Assembly: GCA_965219085.1 (NCBI GenBank)
Contig: OZ244720.1
Coordinates: forward strand, 2,944,001 to 3,008,000
DNA from: Dehalococcoidia bacterium
GTDB lineage: Bacteria > Chloroflexota > Dehalococcoidia > UBA2979
Length of the DNA stretch: 64,000 nucleotides
Reading direction: 5' to 3'
Shown here: positions 1 through 11,313 of the stretch, one piece after another
Layout: the number at the start of each line of letters is the position of its first letter
Position numbering within the stretch: the stretch's first letter is position 1
Made by a program: the position numbers and the translations under genes
Notes under the pieces: generated by a model
Told to the model about the DNA's origin: nothing
The model's input: the letters and a program-made list of their open reading frames with translations, nothing else
Database searches by the model: none

Positions 1-792
1 CTCGAGCCGGTCGTCACCGGCCGCCGCATCGAGCACGTCACGATCCACGCTGGCGCGGAACGCGTGGCGATCACACACGCGCCGCGCGAGCTCGAGGCCC
101 AGCTCGCGGGCCTGCGCATCGAGGGCCTCGGGCGGCACGGCAAGTACCTGCTCGTGCACCTCGACGACGACCGCACGTGGGTGGTGCACCTGCGCATGAC
201 CGGCCTGCTGCTGATCCGCCCGCACCTCGAGGCGCCCGGGCGCTTCGAGCGCGCGCGCATCGACTTCGACGACGGCACCGGCCTGCGGTTCGAGGACTCG
301 CGCAAGTTCGGCACGTGGCACCTCGTCGACGACCCGCGTGAGGCGTTCCCGCGCGCCGGCCCGGACGCGCTGTCCGAGGAGTTCACGGTGGCCTGGCTGC
401 GCGGTGCGTTGGAACGTCGCAGCGTGCCAATCAAGACGGCGCTGCTCGACCAGCGCGTCGCGGCCGGCGTGGGCAACATCTACGCCGACGAGGCGTTGTG
501 GCTGGCCGGCATCAACCCGCGTGCCGCGTCGAACAGCATCGGGCCGAGGCGCGTGCGACGGTTGCACGGCGCGGTGCAGCAGGCACTCCTCGACGGCCTC
601 GACGACCGCGGCAGCTCGTTCGACCGCTACCGCGACGCGTTCGGGAAGAGCGGGGGGCACCACCTGCGCGTCCACGTCTTCCGCCGCGACGGTGAGCCGT
701 GTGAGCGGCCGCGCTGCCGTGGTCGGCTGATCTCGCACACGCGCATCGGTGGGAGGGCGACTCACTACTGCGCGAGTTGCCAGCGCCTCTAA
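1..792 (+). CDS. mutM: Formamidopyrimidine-DNA glycosylase (Fpg/MutM), 5' end outside the window
   Basis: Frame open from base 1; GKYL, HLRMTG, D-x-RKFG, LLDQRVAAGVGNIYADEALW (H2TH) and C-terminal zinc finger ending RATHYCASCQ. Confidence 0.95.
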   Translation, partial: LEPVVTGRRIEHVTIHAGAERVAITHAPRELEAQLAGLRIEGLGRHGKYLLVHLDDDRTWVVHLRMTGLLLIRPHLEAPGRFERARIDFDDGTGLRFEDSRKFGTWHLVDDPREAFPRAGPDALSEEFTVAWLRGALERRSVPIKTALLDQRVAAGVGNIYADEALWLAGINPRAASNSIGPRRVRRLHGAVQQALLDGLDDRGSSFDRYRDAFGKSGGHHLRVHVFRRDGEPCERPRCRGRLISHTRIGGRATHYCASCQRL

Positions 793-954
793 TTGACGTA
801 ACGTCCTATTCACGACAGAACAAGCCGTATTTGGCTGCATAACGTGCCGGTTTCGCATCGAGGCAGCCCTCAACTACATAACTTACATGACATAGCGCGG
901 CTGGTTGTCTGCGCTGCGCCGTCGCTGGTACGGTGCCGCAGGGCGGGGTGCCCT

Positions 955-1863
955 ATGACCGTGGCCGTCTTCGGCATCGTTGTGCTCGCCATCATCGCGA
1001 TCGCGGTTGCGCACGCCGTTGGCGCGTACGTGCTGGCGCGCAGGATGACGCGCATCAGGCGCATACGCGTCACCGGCAGTCCGGCCGACATGTACCTGGA
1101 TCACGAGGACCTGACATTCGCTGCCGCCGATGGGCTGGCCCTGCGCGGGTGGTACCTCGCCAGCCCCGGCGCGCGCGCCTCGGTGGTGGTCGTCCACGAC
1201 GATGTGGGGATGCGGTCCGACCCGACCATCGGGCTGCTTGAGCTACAGCGGGACTACCTGCGCGGCGGCCTGAACGTCCTGAGCTTCGACCTGCGCGGCC
1301 GCGGTGAATCGAGCGGGCAGCACAATCAACTCGGGGCGGGCGAGCTCGCCGACGTGCTGGGGGCGGTGCGGTACGCGCAGCACCGCAGCGACGCGCCGCT
1401 GGTGTTGCACGGCTTCGGCACGGGCGCATCGCTCGCGCTCGCTGCGGCCGCGCGCGCTGGGCACGTGGCGGCCGTTGTGGCTGACTCGCCGGTGACGTCG
1501 ATGCGCGCCCACGTGCGTGGTCGCTACAGCCGTGTGCCGGCGCACCTCTTCGCGCTCGCCACGACGTTCGCGGGCTGGCGCTTCGATGCTGACATCGACG
1601 CCGTCGCACCGGCGCAGTCGATGGCGGCCATGGGGGACACACGGGCGTTGTTCGTGCATTGCGAGGACAACCGGGAGGCGCCGGTGGAGCACACGCTGAA
1701 CCTCGCGGCGGCATCGCTCAACGAGGCGGACGAGGTCTGGACACCCTACGAAGGCGGGCACTGCGGGGCCTACCGCACGACTCCCGCGGACTACATGCAT
1801 CGCTGCCTGCAGTTCATCGACCTCGCGATCCCGGCGCGTGTACCCGCCGCGCAGGCGGTCTGA
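955..1863 (+). CDS. Membrane-anchored alpha/beta hydrolase
   Basis: N-terminal hydrophobic helix, DGLALRGWY, FDLRGRGES, nucleophile-elbow-like HGFGTG (canonical Ser replaced), VADSP, C-terminal GGHC; ATG 955 chosen. Confidence 0.75.
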   Translation: MTVAVFGIVVLAIIAIAVAHAVGAYVLARRMTRIRRIRVTGSPADMYLDHEDLTFAAADGLALRGWYLASPGARASVVVVHDDVGMRSDPTIGLLELQRDYLRGGLNVLSFDLRGRGESSGQHNQLGAGELADVLGAVRYAQHRSDAPLVLHGFGTGASLALAAAARAGHVAAVVADSPVTSMRAHVRGRYSRVPAHLFALATTFAGWRFDADIDAVAPAQSMAAMGDTRALFVHCEDNREAPVEHTLNLAAASLNEADEVWTPYEGGHCGAYRTTPADYMHRCLQFIDLAIPARVPAAQAV

Positions 1864-1892
1864 CGAGCCACCGGGCGCGGTCGACGCCACCC

Positions 1893-2921
1893 GTGGCCAC
1901 CCTGCGCGACGCCATCACCGACGTGCCCGGCATCCGTGTCGGTCACTGGACGTACCGCCGAGGCGCCACCGGCTGCACTGTCGTGCTCTCGCCGGCGGGC
2001 GCCGTCGGCGGCGTCGACGTGCGAGGCGCCGCCCCGGGCACGCGCGAGACCGACCTGCTGCGCCCCGGGAACCTCGTCGACCAGGTGCACGGCATTCTGC
2101 TCTCGGGCGGCTCCGCGTTCGGACTCGCTGCCGCCGACGGGGTGATGCGCTACCTCGCCGAGCACGGCCACGGGCTGGCGTTCGGCGGAAACGTGATCCC
2201 GATCGTGCCGGGCGCGATCCTCTTCGACCTCGGCATCGGCACAAAGCGCGCTCCCGACTCGGACGCCGGATACCGCGCCGCCCGTCGTGCGACGCGCGGT
2301 CGCGTCGAGGAAGGCAGCGTCGGCGCCGGGACCGGCGCCACCGTCGCGAAGCTGGCCGGGGGCGACCGCGCGCTCAAGGGCGGCCTCGGCACGGCGAGCG
2401 AGCGCCTCGACGTCGGCGTCGTGGTGGGCGCGGTGGCGGCGGTGAACGCCGTCGGCGCCATCCGCGACCCGCGCACGGGTGAGGTGGTCGCAGCCCCGCG
2501 CGCGGATGACGGCGGCTTCGTGGACATCGACGCCCACCTCCGCACCGGCCGCGCCTGGCCCGAGCTCGTCGAGAACGACGAGGACGAGGGGGAGGCGCCG
2601 GGGCCCGAAACCCCGACGAACACCACCCTGGCCGTCGTCGCGACCAACGCGAAGCTCTCACGTGAGCAGGCGAACCGCCTCGCGACGGTGTGCCACGACG
2701 GGTTCGCACGCACGATCTGGCCCGCGCACTGCCGCGGCGACGGCGACGCGATCTTCACCCTCGCAACCGGCGACGTGGAGGTCGATCCCTACGCCTACAG
2801 CGCCCTCGAAGCCATGGCCACGAGGGCCGTCGAGCGGGCCGTGCTGCGCGGAGTGCGCCGCGCGACGGGCCTCGCCGGAGTGCCGTCGGCGAGCGATTGG
2901 CGGGCGCAACCCGGCTCATAA
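1893..2921 (+). CDS. DmpA/ThnT-like peptidase family S58 (P1) hydrolase
   Basis: ITDVPGIRVGH, GVDVRGAAPGTRETDLL, LSGGSAFGL, EGSVGAGTGA, NTTL autoproteolysis site, DGD. Confidence 0.9.
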   Translation: MATLRDAITDVPGIRVGHWTYRRGATGCTVVLSPAGAVGGVDVRGAAPGTRETDLLRPGNLVDQVHGILLSGGSAFGLAAADGVMRYLAEHGHGLAFGGNVIPIVPGAILFDLGIGTKRAPDSDAGYRAARRATRGRVEEGSVGAGTGATVAKLAGGDRALKGGLGTASERLDVGVVVGAVAAVNAVGAIRDPRTGEVVAAPRADDGGFVDIDAHLRTGRAWPELVENDEDEGEAPGPETPTNTTLAVVATNAKLSREQANRLATVCHDGFARTIWPAHCRGDGDAIFTLATGDVEVDPYAYSALEAMATRAVERAVLRGVRRATGLAGVPSASDWRAQPGS

Positions 2922-3167
2922 CGCACGAGTTTGGCGCGTCCACCGGATCTGCCACCGCCAGGCTTGCATCCGCGCATATACTGTCCGCCAATCGCACCAG
3001 CACACCGCGCGGCGATCGGCGCCGCGTCCGGGGGTGCGATGGCGTTCGATCCGATAGCACTCGGACGGAGCAGAAATGCACCCTCTCCGCACCGCCGCCG
3101 GCCGCAGCGGGCGCGCGCAGCGCCTTGATGCTGCAGCCCCCAGCCGCGTGAGCATGGGGGGTAGCCA

Positions 3168-3533
3168 ATGATCCGCAATCTCCTCAACGCCAAGATCCAC
3201 CGGGCCACCGTGACCGAGGCCGACCTCCACTACGAGGGGTCGATCAGCATCGACCGCGACCTCATGGACGCCGTCGACATCGTCGAGCACGAGCAGGTGC
3301 ACGTCGTGGACGTCACCAACGGTGCGCGCCTCGAGACCTACGTGATCGAGGCGCCTCGAGGGTCGGGCGAGATCCAGATCAACGGCGCGGCTGCGCACCT
3401 CGTGCACCCCCGCGACCTCATCATCATCATGTCGTACGTCGGGGTGCCCGACGAGCAGGTACACGAGCACCAACCGCGGATCGTGCTCGTCGACGAGCAC
3501 AACCGCGTCGTGGAGCCCGCACTCGCGGGCTAG
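3168..3533 (+). CDS. panD: Aspartate 1-decarboxylase
   Basis: [22 protein letters not shown] (G-S pyruvoyl cleavage site), [14 protein letters not shown]. Confidence 0.97.
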   Translation: MIRNLLNAKIHRATVTEADLHYEGSISIDRDLMDAVDIVEHEQVHVVDVTNGARLETYVIEAPRGSGEIQINGAAAHLVHPRDLIIIMSYVGVPDEQVHEHQPRIVLVDEHNRVVEPALAG

Positions 3534-3548
3534 GGGAGGGGCGAGGCG

Positions 3549-4484
3549 ATGACGGGTGCGGCCCGACGGATCACGATCGCCGACCTGCAGCGCATGCGGA
3601 AGCGGCGCGAACCCATCACGATGATCACCGCGTACGACTACCCCACGGCGCGGCTTGTCGATCAGGCGGGAATCCCCATCATCCTTGTAGGTGACTCGCT
3701 GGGCATGGTCGTGCTCGGCTACGAGTCCACGCTGCCGGTGACGGTTGACGACATGGTGCACCACGGCGCCGCCGTGGTTCGCGGCGCGAAGCGCGCGCAC
3801 GTCGTGGTCGACATGCCGTTCGGCTCCTACCAGGGCACGCGCGAGGATGCCTTGCGCAACGCGGTGCGCATCATGCAGGAGACGGGCTGCGGCTCGGTGA
3901 AGCTCGAGGGCGGAGTGCGCTCGGCGCCCACCGTCGAGTACCTCGTGAGCGCGGGCATCCCGGTGATGGGCCACGTCGGCCTGACACCGCAGTCGGTCAA
4001 CGCGCTCGGCGGCTACAAGATCCAGGGTCGTACCCCGCGCGACGCCGTGCGCGTGCTCAACGACGCGAAGGCACTCGAGGATGCCGGCGCGTACGCCGTC
4101 GTGCTCGAGGTCGTGCCCGCTGGTCTTGCCGCCGGGATCACGGAGAAGCTCGTGATCCCCACCATCGGCATCGGCGCCGGGCCGTTCTGCAGCGGGCAGG
4201 TGCAGGTCGTGCACGACATGCTCGCGATGGACGACGACTTCACCCCGAAGCACGCACGCCGCTTCCTGGAAGGCGCCGAGGTCATCCGTGACGCGCTCGT
4301 CGCGTACCGCGAGGCTGTGGAGGCACGAACGTTCCCGACTGAGGACGAGTCGTTCTTCCTCGACAGTGCGCGGCGCGCCCGGGTTGAGGCCCGCATCGCG
4401 CAGCACACGGTCGACGCGGCGCATGAGGGCGTCGACGCCGAGGTCGCGATACTCAGCGCCGAGGGCGAGCCCGAGACGCTCTAG
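3549..4484 (+). CDS. panB: 3-methyl-2-oxobutanoate hydroxymethyltransferase
   Basis: TAYDY, LVGDSLGM, DMPFGSY, VKLEGG, GHVGLTPQ, IGIGAG. Confidence 0.97.
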   Translation: MTGAARRITIADLQRMRKRREPITMITAYDYPTARLVDQAGIPIILVGDSLGMVVLGYESTLPVTVDDMVHHGAAVVRGAKRAHVVVDMPFGSYQGTREDALRNAVRIMQETGCGSVKLEGGVRSAPTVEYLVSAGIPVMGHVGLTPQSVNALGGYKIQGRTPRDAVRVLNDAKALEDAGAYAVVLEVVPAGLAAGITEKLVIPTIGIGAGPFCSGQVQVVHDMLAMDDDFTPKHARRFLEGAEVIRDALVAYREAVEARTFPTEDESFFLDSARRARVEARIAQHTVDAAHEGVDAEVAILSAEGEPETL

Positions 4485-4509
4485 TCCTCGCCACGGAGCG
4501 GACGGCCCG

Positions 4510-5349
4510 ATGATCGTCGCGCGCACGGTCGCCGAGTTCCGCGCGGCGCGCGCGGGTGTCCCGTCACCGCTGGGCTTCGTCCCCACCATGGGTTACCTGC
4601 ACGAGGGACACCTCGCCCTCGTCGACGCAGCGCGCGCCGAGTGCGCGACCGTGGCCGCGTCGATCTTCGTGAACCCCACCCAGTTCGGCCCAAACGAGGA
4701 CTTCGAGCGCTACCCGCGCGACGAGGACCGCGACCTCGAACTGCTTGATGGGGCAGGCACGGACCTCGTGCTCCTGCCTCCCGTCGAGGAGATGTACCCA
4801 CCGGGCGACGTAACTCGGGTGCGGGTCAGCGCGATCACCGAGGGGCAGGAAGGGGCTCGGCGTCCCGGCCACTTCGAGGGCGTCACGACAGTGGTCGCCA
4901 AGCTGTTCGGGATGGTGCAGCCCGACCGGGCGTACTTCGGCGAGAAGGACGGCCAGCAACTGCGCGTGATCCGGCGCATGACGCGTGACCTGCTGCTGCC
5001 GATCGAGATCGTCGCGTGCCCGACCGTGCGCGAGCCGGACGGGTTGGCGCTCTCCTCGCGCAATGTCTACCTGGGCGCCGAGGAGCGTACGCAGGCGCTC
5101 TCGCTGTCCGCGGGGCTGCGAGCGGCCTCGCAGGCGTTCGACGGCGGGGAACGCGACGCCGGACGGCTGCGCGCGATGGTCCGCGAGCGCATTGAGGCGC
5201 AGCCCATGGCCGACATCAGCTACGTGTCGCTCGCCGACTCGGAGACCCTCGAGGAACTCGCGGGGGTGGTCGAGCGCGCGGCGATGCTGTCACTCGCGGT
5301 GCGCTTTTCGGGGGCGACGCTGATCGACAACGTCACGCTGGAGCCGTAG
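4510..5349 (+). CDS. panC: Pantoate--beta-alanine ligase
   Basis: GFVPTMGYLHEGH, SIFVNPTQF, RPGHFEGV, FGEKD, GLALSSRN, LIDN. Confidence 0.97.
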   Translation: MIVARTVAEFRAARAGVPSPLGFVPTMGYLHEGHLALVDAARAECATVAASIFVNPTQFGPNEDFERYPRDEDRDLELLDGAGTDLVLLPPVEEMYPPGDVTRVRVSAITEGQEGARRPGHFEGVTTVVAKLFGMVQPDRAYFGEKDGQQLRVIRRMTRDLLLPIEIVACPTVREPDGLALSSRNVYLGAEERTQALSLSAGLRAASQAFDGGERDAGRLRAMVRERIEAQPMADISYVSLADSETLEELAGVVERAAMLSLAVRFSGATLIDNVTLEP

Positions 5350-5444
5350 CGGCGCTCCGGGAGGCCTCGCGGCGGCTGCCGGGAGCCGACCGGGGCGCTA
5401 CCATGGCGTGCAGACGTTCTGCATAGCCCACGGGGAGGCGGCAC

Positions 5445-6197
5445 ATGTCCGGTCACTCCAAGTGGTCGTCGATCAAGCACAAGAAGGCGGCCACAGACGC
5501 GAAGCGCGGCAAGCTGTTTACCAAGCTCGCACGCGACGTCACGATGGCGGCCCGCTCCGGCGCTGACGCCGATATGAATCCGGCCCTGCGTCTCGCCATC
5601 CAGAAGGCGCGCGACAACAACATGCCGAACGCCAACGTCGACCGCGCCATCCAGCGCGCCGTTGGTGGTGGTGATGGCGTGGTACTCGAGGAGATCACGT
5701 ACGAGGGATACGCGCCGGGCGGCGCGGCGGTGCTGATCCAGGCCGTCACTGACAACCGCAATCGCACCGTCGCCGAGATCCGCACCACGCTCACCCGCGG
5801 CGGCGGCGCCATGGCCGACAGCGGCTCGGTCGCGTGGCTCTTCGACCTGCGCGGCCTCATCGCCGTCGAGATCGGCGACGACGACCCGGACGAGATCCAG
5901 CTCGCCGCCATCGAGGCGGGCGCCGAGGACGTCTCCGCCGACAACGAGATGGTCGAGGCGATCACGGATCCGAGTGACCTCGAGGCCGTGCGCGAGGCAC
6001 TCTCGGAGGCGGGCTACACCGTGACCACCTCCGAGATCGCGCAGGTGCCGAAGAACGTCATCACCCCCACCGACCAGGTTGCCGGGCAGGCGCTACGGCT
6101 CCTCGACGCTCTCGACGAGCTCGACGACGTGTCGCGGGTGTACTCGAACGTCGACTTCAGCGACGAAGTGCTGGCTGCGGGCGGACTGGTCGGGTAG
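5445..6197 (+). CDS. yebC: YebC/PmpR family protein
   Basis: MSGHSKWSSIKHKK, YEGYAPGG, TDNRNRT; GGAGG RBS; typical position before ruvC. Confidence 0.95.
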   Translation: MSGHSKWSSIKHKKAATDAKRGKLFTKLARDVTMAARSGADADMNPALRLAIQKARDNNMPNANVDRAIQRAVGGGDGVVLEEITYEGYAPGGAAVLIQAVTDNRNRTVAEIRTTLTRGGGAMADSGSVAWLFDLRGLIAVEIGDDDPDEIQLAAIEAGAEDVSADNEMVEAITDPSDLEAVREALSEAGYTVTTSEIAQVPKNVITPTDQVAGQALRLLDALDELDDVSRVYSNVDFSDEVLAAGGLVG

Positions 6198-6209
6198 CGT
6201 CCGCCGCCG

Positions 6210-6722
6210 ATGAGCGACACTGCGCACCGCGTGATCGGCATCGACCCCGGCCTCGCCGCGACCGGCTACGGCATCATCGCCGGTGATCCGCGCGCCGCCG
6301 AGGTGCTGACGTACGGCGTGATTCGCACTCGCAGCCCCCGCCCACGCGCCCTCAGGCTGCTGACCATCCACGAGCAACTGGCAGAACTCATCGCCGAGCA
6401 CCGCCCAGCGGAGATGGCTATTGAGGAGCCCTACGTAGCAGCTAACGTTCGCTCCGCCTTCGCTATCGGCGAGGCACGCGCGGCCGCGATGATCGCGGCA
6501 GCTGCGCACGGTGTCGAGGTGTTCCAGTACCAGTCGACGGCGGTGAAGGCGGCTGTGGCTGGCTACGGCGGCGCATCGAAGGAACAGGTGCAGGCGATGG
6601 TGGCGATGCAGCTCGGCCTCGCCGTACTCCCGGAGCCGCTCGACGCCGCGGACGCGCTCGCTCTTGCATTGACACGGCTGGCGGAGGCGGCGCTCGAGTC
6701 GCGGATAGCTGGCCGGTCGTGA
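6210..6722 (+). CDS. ruvC: Holliday junction resolvase RuvC
   Basis: IGIDPGLAATGYG, AIEE, VKAAVAGYGGASKEQVQAMV, DAADALA. Confidence 0.95.
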   Translation: MSDTAHRVIGIDPGLAATGYGIIAGDPRAAEVLTYGVIRTRSPRPRALRLLTIHEQLAELIAEHRPAEMAIEEPYVAANVRSAFAIGEARAAAMIAAAAHGVEVFQYQSTAVKAAVAGYGGASKEQVQAMVAMQLGLAVLPEPLDAADALALALTRLAEAALESRIAGRS

Positions 6723-7342
6723 TCGCGGCGCTGCGCGGTGAGCTCGTGCGCTGGGACCCGGAGCGGTCCGCGCTCTGGATCGACGCCGCCGGCGTCACGT
6801 ACGAGGTCTATATGCCGGCTTTCTCGGCGGACTGGGCAGCCTCGCACGCCGAGGGCGAGGAGGTGCGCGTCTTCACGTACCACCACGCCACGGAGCGCCA
6901 GCCCGTGCCGACGCTCTACGGCTTCGCCCACCTCGCCGAGCGAGAGTTCTTCCGCAAGTTCATCGATGTACCCGACGTGGGACCGGCCAAGGCGGTGCGT
7001 GCGCTCACGTACCCCATCTCGGAGATCGCCGGGTGGATCGAGGCCGAGGACCAGCGCTCGCTGCGCCAACTGCCGGGCATCGGCGAGCGACTCTCCCAGA
7101 CCATCATCGCCCACCTCCACGGCAAGCTCGTGCAGGAGGCGTTGCTGCGCGACGCGATCGACGCCGGTCGCGGCGGCGCCACCGTCGACGTCCGTGACGA
7201 CGCCGTCGACGCCCTCGTCGCCCTCCAGTACCCGCGCCGCGAGGCGCAGCGCGTGGTGGCGGCCGCGCTCGCGGAGGAGCCGGGGCTGGTGACGCTGGAG
7301 GCGGTGTTGCGGTACGTGCTGGAGCGGCGAGGCGGCAGCTGA
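6719..7342 (+). CDS. ruvA: Holliday junction branch migration protein RuvA
   Basis: MIAALRG, GVTYEV, LYGF, two HhH motifs ([16 protein letters not shown]), C-terminal DALVALQY; GTGA overlap with ruvC. Confidence 0.9.
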   Translation: MIAALRGELVRWDPERSALWIDAAGVTYEVYMPAFSADWAASHAEGEEVRVFTYHHATERQPVPTLYGFAHLAEREFFRKFIDVPDVGPAKAVRALTYPISEIAGWIEAEDQRSLRQLPGIGERLSQTIIAHLHGKLVQEALLRDAIDAGRGGATVDVRDDAVDALVALQYPRREAQRVVAAALAEEPGLVTLEAVLRYVLERRGGS

Positions 7343-7352
7343 CGCGGCCAGG

Positions 7353-7868
7353 TCAGCTACCTACGTCCTGCGAGCGCTCCAGCGCCGTGACCCGCTGGCG
7401 CACTTCCCCGATGTCTTCGCGCATCGCGCCGATCCCCACCTCGATGATGCCGGCGAGGGTGCTGACCTGCGCCGAAAGTGTGCGCACGCGCTCTGGGAGC
7501 GGTTCTAGCGCATCGACTCGCTCGGTCAGAGCGCGCATCTGCCCTGGGAGCGGCCGGAGCGCGGTGACTTCTTCGGACAGCGCCTGCATCTGCTCTGGGA
7601 GCAGTTGTAGCGCATCGACTCGCTCGGTCAGAGCGCGCATCTGCTCTGGGAGCGGCCGGAGCGTAGCGACTTCTTCGGACAGCGCGCGCATCTGCTCTGG
7701 GAGCAGTTGTAGCGCATCGACTCGCTCGGTCAGAGCGCGCATCTGCCCTGGAAGTGGCCGGAGCGTGGCGACTTCTTCGGACAGCGCCCGCATCTGCTCC
7801 CTGAGCGGCGCTATCTCTTCACGAATCGCGATCCGCAACGCGTCGTTCAGACTGCCGTCAGACGTCAA
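7353..7868 (-). CDS. Coiled-coil repeat protein (alternating 17-aa units)
   Basis: TTG start after GGAG; units [17 protein letters not shown] / [17 protein letters not shown]; ends RVTALER; start uncertain. Confidence 0.65.
   Translation of the reverse strand: MTSDGSLNDALRIAIREEIAPLREQMRALSEEVATLRPLPGQMRALTERVDALQLLPEQMRALSEEVATLRPLPEQMRALTERVDALQLLPEQMQALSEEVTALRPLPGQMRALTERVDALEPLPERVRTLSAQVSTLAGIIEVGIGAMREDIGEVRQRVTALERSQDVGS
7462..7800. repeat. 51-bp tandem units with a 102-bp higher-order period (coding)
   Basis: agcgcatcgactcgctcggtcagagcgcgcatctg recurs at 7507, 7609 and 7711. Confidence 0.9.
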
Positions 7869-7912
7869 TGTGCTCGTCTCCCTGCATCCGAGGTGGGAGC
7901 GGACGTTGTGGG

Positions 7913-7934
7913 GTTTGTGCACGATAGCACAAAC
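7913..7934. promoter_or_regulatory. Perfect inverted repeat, candidate operator between divergent genes
   Basis: GTTTGTGC-ACGATA-GCACAAAC, upstream of the uvrB -10 (TACAAT 7969-7974). Confidence 0.45.
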
Positions 7935-7980
7935 ATTCAAGCGCCGTCCCACCCAGCACCCCCCGTCGTACAATGACCCC

Positions 7981-10068
<2,088 letters not shown>

Positions 10069-10087
10069 AGGTCGGGTGCTCGACCCG

Positions 10088-10375
10088 TCAGGCCTCTGCG
10101 GTCACGTTGAAGCGCGACTCCAGCCCTCGACGCGCAATCACGCGGTCGATGAGTGGGTGCAGATCCGGCTTCGCGCCGGAGACGTTGACCGACCCGTACT
10201 TCTCAGAGAGTCGACCGAACAGTTCGTCGAGAAACGATGGACTCGCGGCTTCGACGCCGGTGAGGTCCAGCACCAGGGCGTCGACGCTGGACGACGGCGT
10301 GAGCCCTTGAACGATCGATTGGGCTCGCGGGCGTGTCGCGAAGGATGAACCCTCATCGCCCAACCTGACCTGCAT
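10088..10375 (-). CDS. STAS-like (DUF4325-type) protein
   Basis: GGAGG RBS; FATRPRA, LVLDLTGVEAASPSFLDELFG is a STAS-like signature. Confidence 0.75.
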   Translation of the reverse strand: MQVRLGDEGSSFATRPRAQSIVQGLTPSSSVDALVLDLTGVEAASPSFLDELFGRLSEKYGSVNVSGAKPDLHPLIDRVIARRGLESRFNVTAEA

Positions 10376-10437
10376 CGTCGTCCTCCCGCGTGCTGGGGCT
10401 GCACCATACACCCGGACTCATGGGCCCATCGACCACG

Positions 10438-11304
10438 CTAGGAGACCCCCGCTGGAATCGAAACCGTCAGCAGAGTTCCGGGGTAGACGCTGGCCGTATG
10501 GGTCGCGACCCGCCCCGACTCCGCAGTGACTGTCACGAGGCCACGGCCGGAGTGGATGACGAGTTGCCGCCGGGGTTCCTGCACCAGGCGCTCGATCTCC
10601 GCGAGCCCGATGCCCCTGTGCGGATCGCCGGTACCCGAGACGCCTTCGTCGAGAGCGCGCATGATCGCCTCTCGATCGTCGTTCACCCCGAGGGAAGCCG
10701 CTATCCCCCGGCCTGCGTCGGCGATGGCGATTTCGATGAACCACGAGCGGCCAGAGGCCGGTCGGCGCTCTCTGAGTTGGGCTAGCGCGAAACCGCCTTC
10801 GGGGGAATCGGAATGCTCGACCGCGTTGTTCGCAGCCTCGGCGAGCGCGTCGTGCGCCTCGCGATTGAGTGGAGGGCTGACCTGCCTGCTGGCTCCGAAC
10901 TCTGTCATGAGCTCGTTCGCGATCCCCTCTACTTCGTTGTGGGTCTTGAAGTTCATAGCGCGAATGATGGGGTGGTATCGCCTCACTGCCGCCGCTGGTT
11001 CAGAAGTCCGCGTGACGTCCGTGAACGTCTCGAGCGCATCTACGAACCCGACAGTTTCGAGCATTCTGAGTGGGTAGGGCGCGCTCGGTTGAACGATCTC
11101 GATTTCATGGCCTTGACGATGAAGCTTGCCCAGCACAGCGAGCAAGCCTACGACCGGGGTCGGCGTGACGTATCGCCACCGCGAAAGATCGATGACTATC
11201 GGCCGCCCATCCGCCGGAACATCACCAAGGTTCCAGTCACGACAGGAAGCGATCGACTGCATTTGCGAGGGGGCGATGAACCGGAGGGGAGTGCTCATCG
11301 TCAC
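10438..11304 (-). CDS. STAS-like + GHKL (HATPase) kinase, anti-sigma-like
   Basis: N-terminal IVIDLSRWRYVTP; N-box EAANNAVEHS, G1 IADAGRGI, G2 GVSG..HRGIGL, C-terminal GTLL. Confidence 0.8.
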   Translation of the reverse strand: MTMSTPLRFIAPSQMQSIASCRDWNLGDVPADGRPIVIDLSRWRYVTPTPVVGLLAVLGKLHRQGHEIEIVQPSAPYPLRMLETVGFVDALETFTDVTRTSEPAAAVRRYHPIIRAMNFKTHNEVEGIANELMTEFGASRQVSPPLNREAHDALAEAANNAVEHSDSPEGGFALAQLRERRPASGRSWFIEIAIADAGRGIAASLGVNDDREAIMRALDEGVSGTGDPHRGIGLAEIERLVQEPRRQLVIHSGRGLVTVTAESGRVATHTASVYPGTLLTVSIPAGVS

Positions 11305-11313
11305 TAGGCTCGG

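Noticed and set aside
793-954. AT-rich intergenic region with short ACATAAC/ACATGAC repeats
   Set aside because: Probably an ordinary promoter; repeats too short to support an operator call
6210-7342. Absence of ruvB after ruvC-ruvA
   Set aside because: ruvB is often encoded elsewhere; cannot be judged from one window
7387-7980. Apparent 198-aa N-terminal extension of UvrB
   Set aside because: It is the antisense reading of the repeat gene; UvrB homology and a -10 element point to ATG 7981
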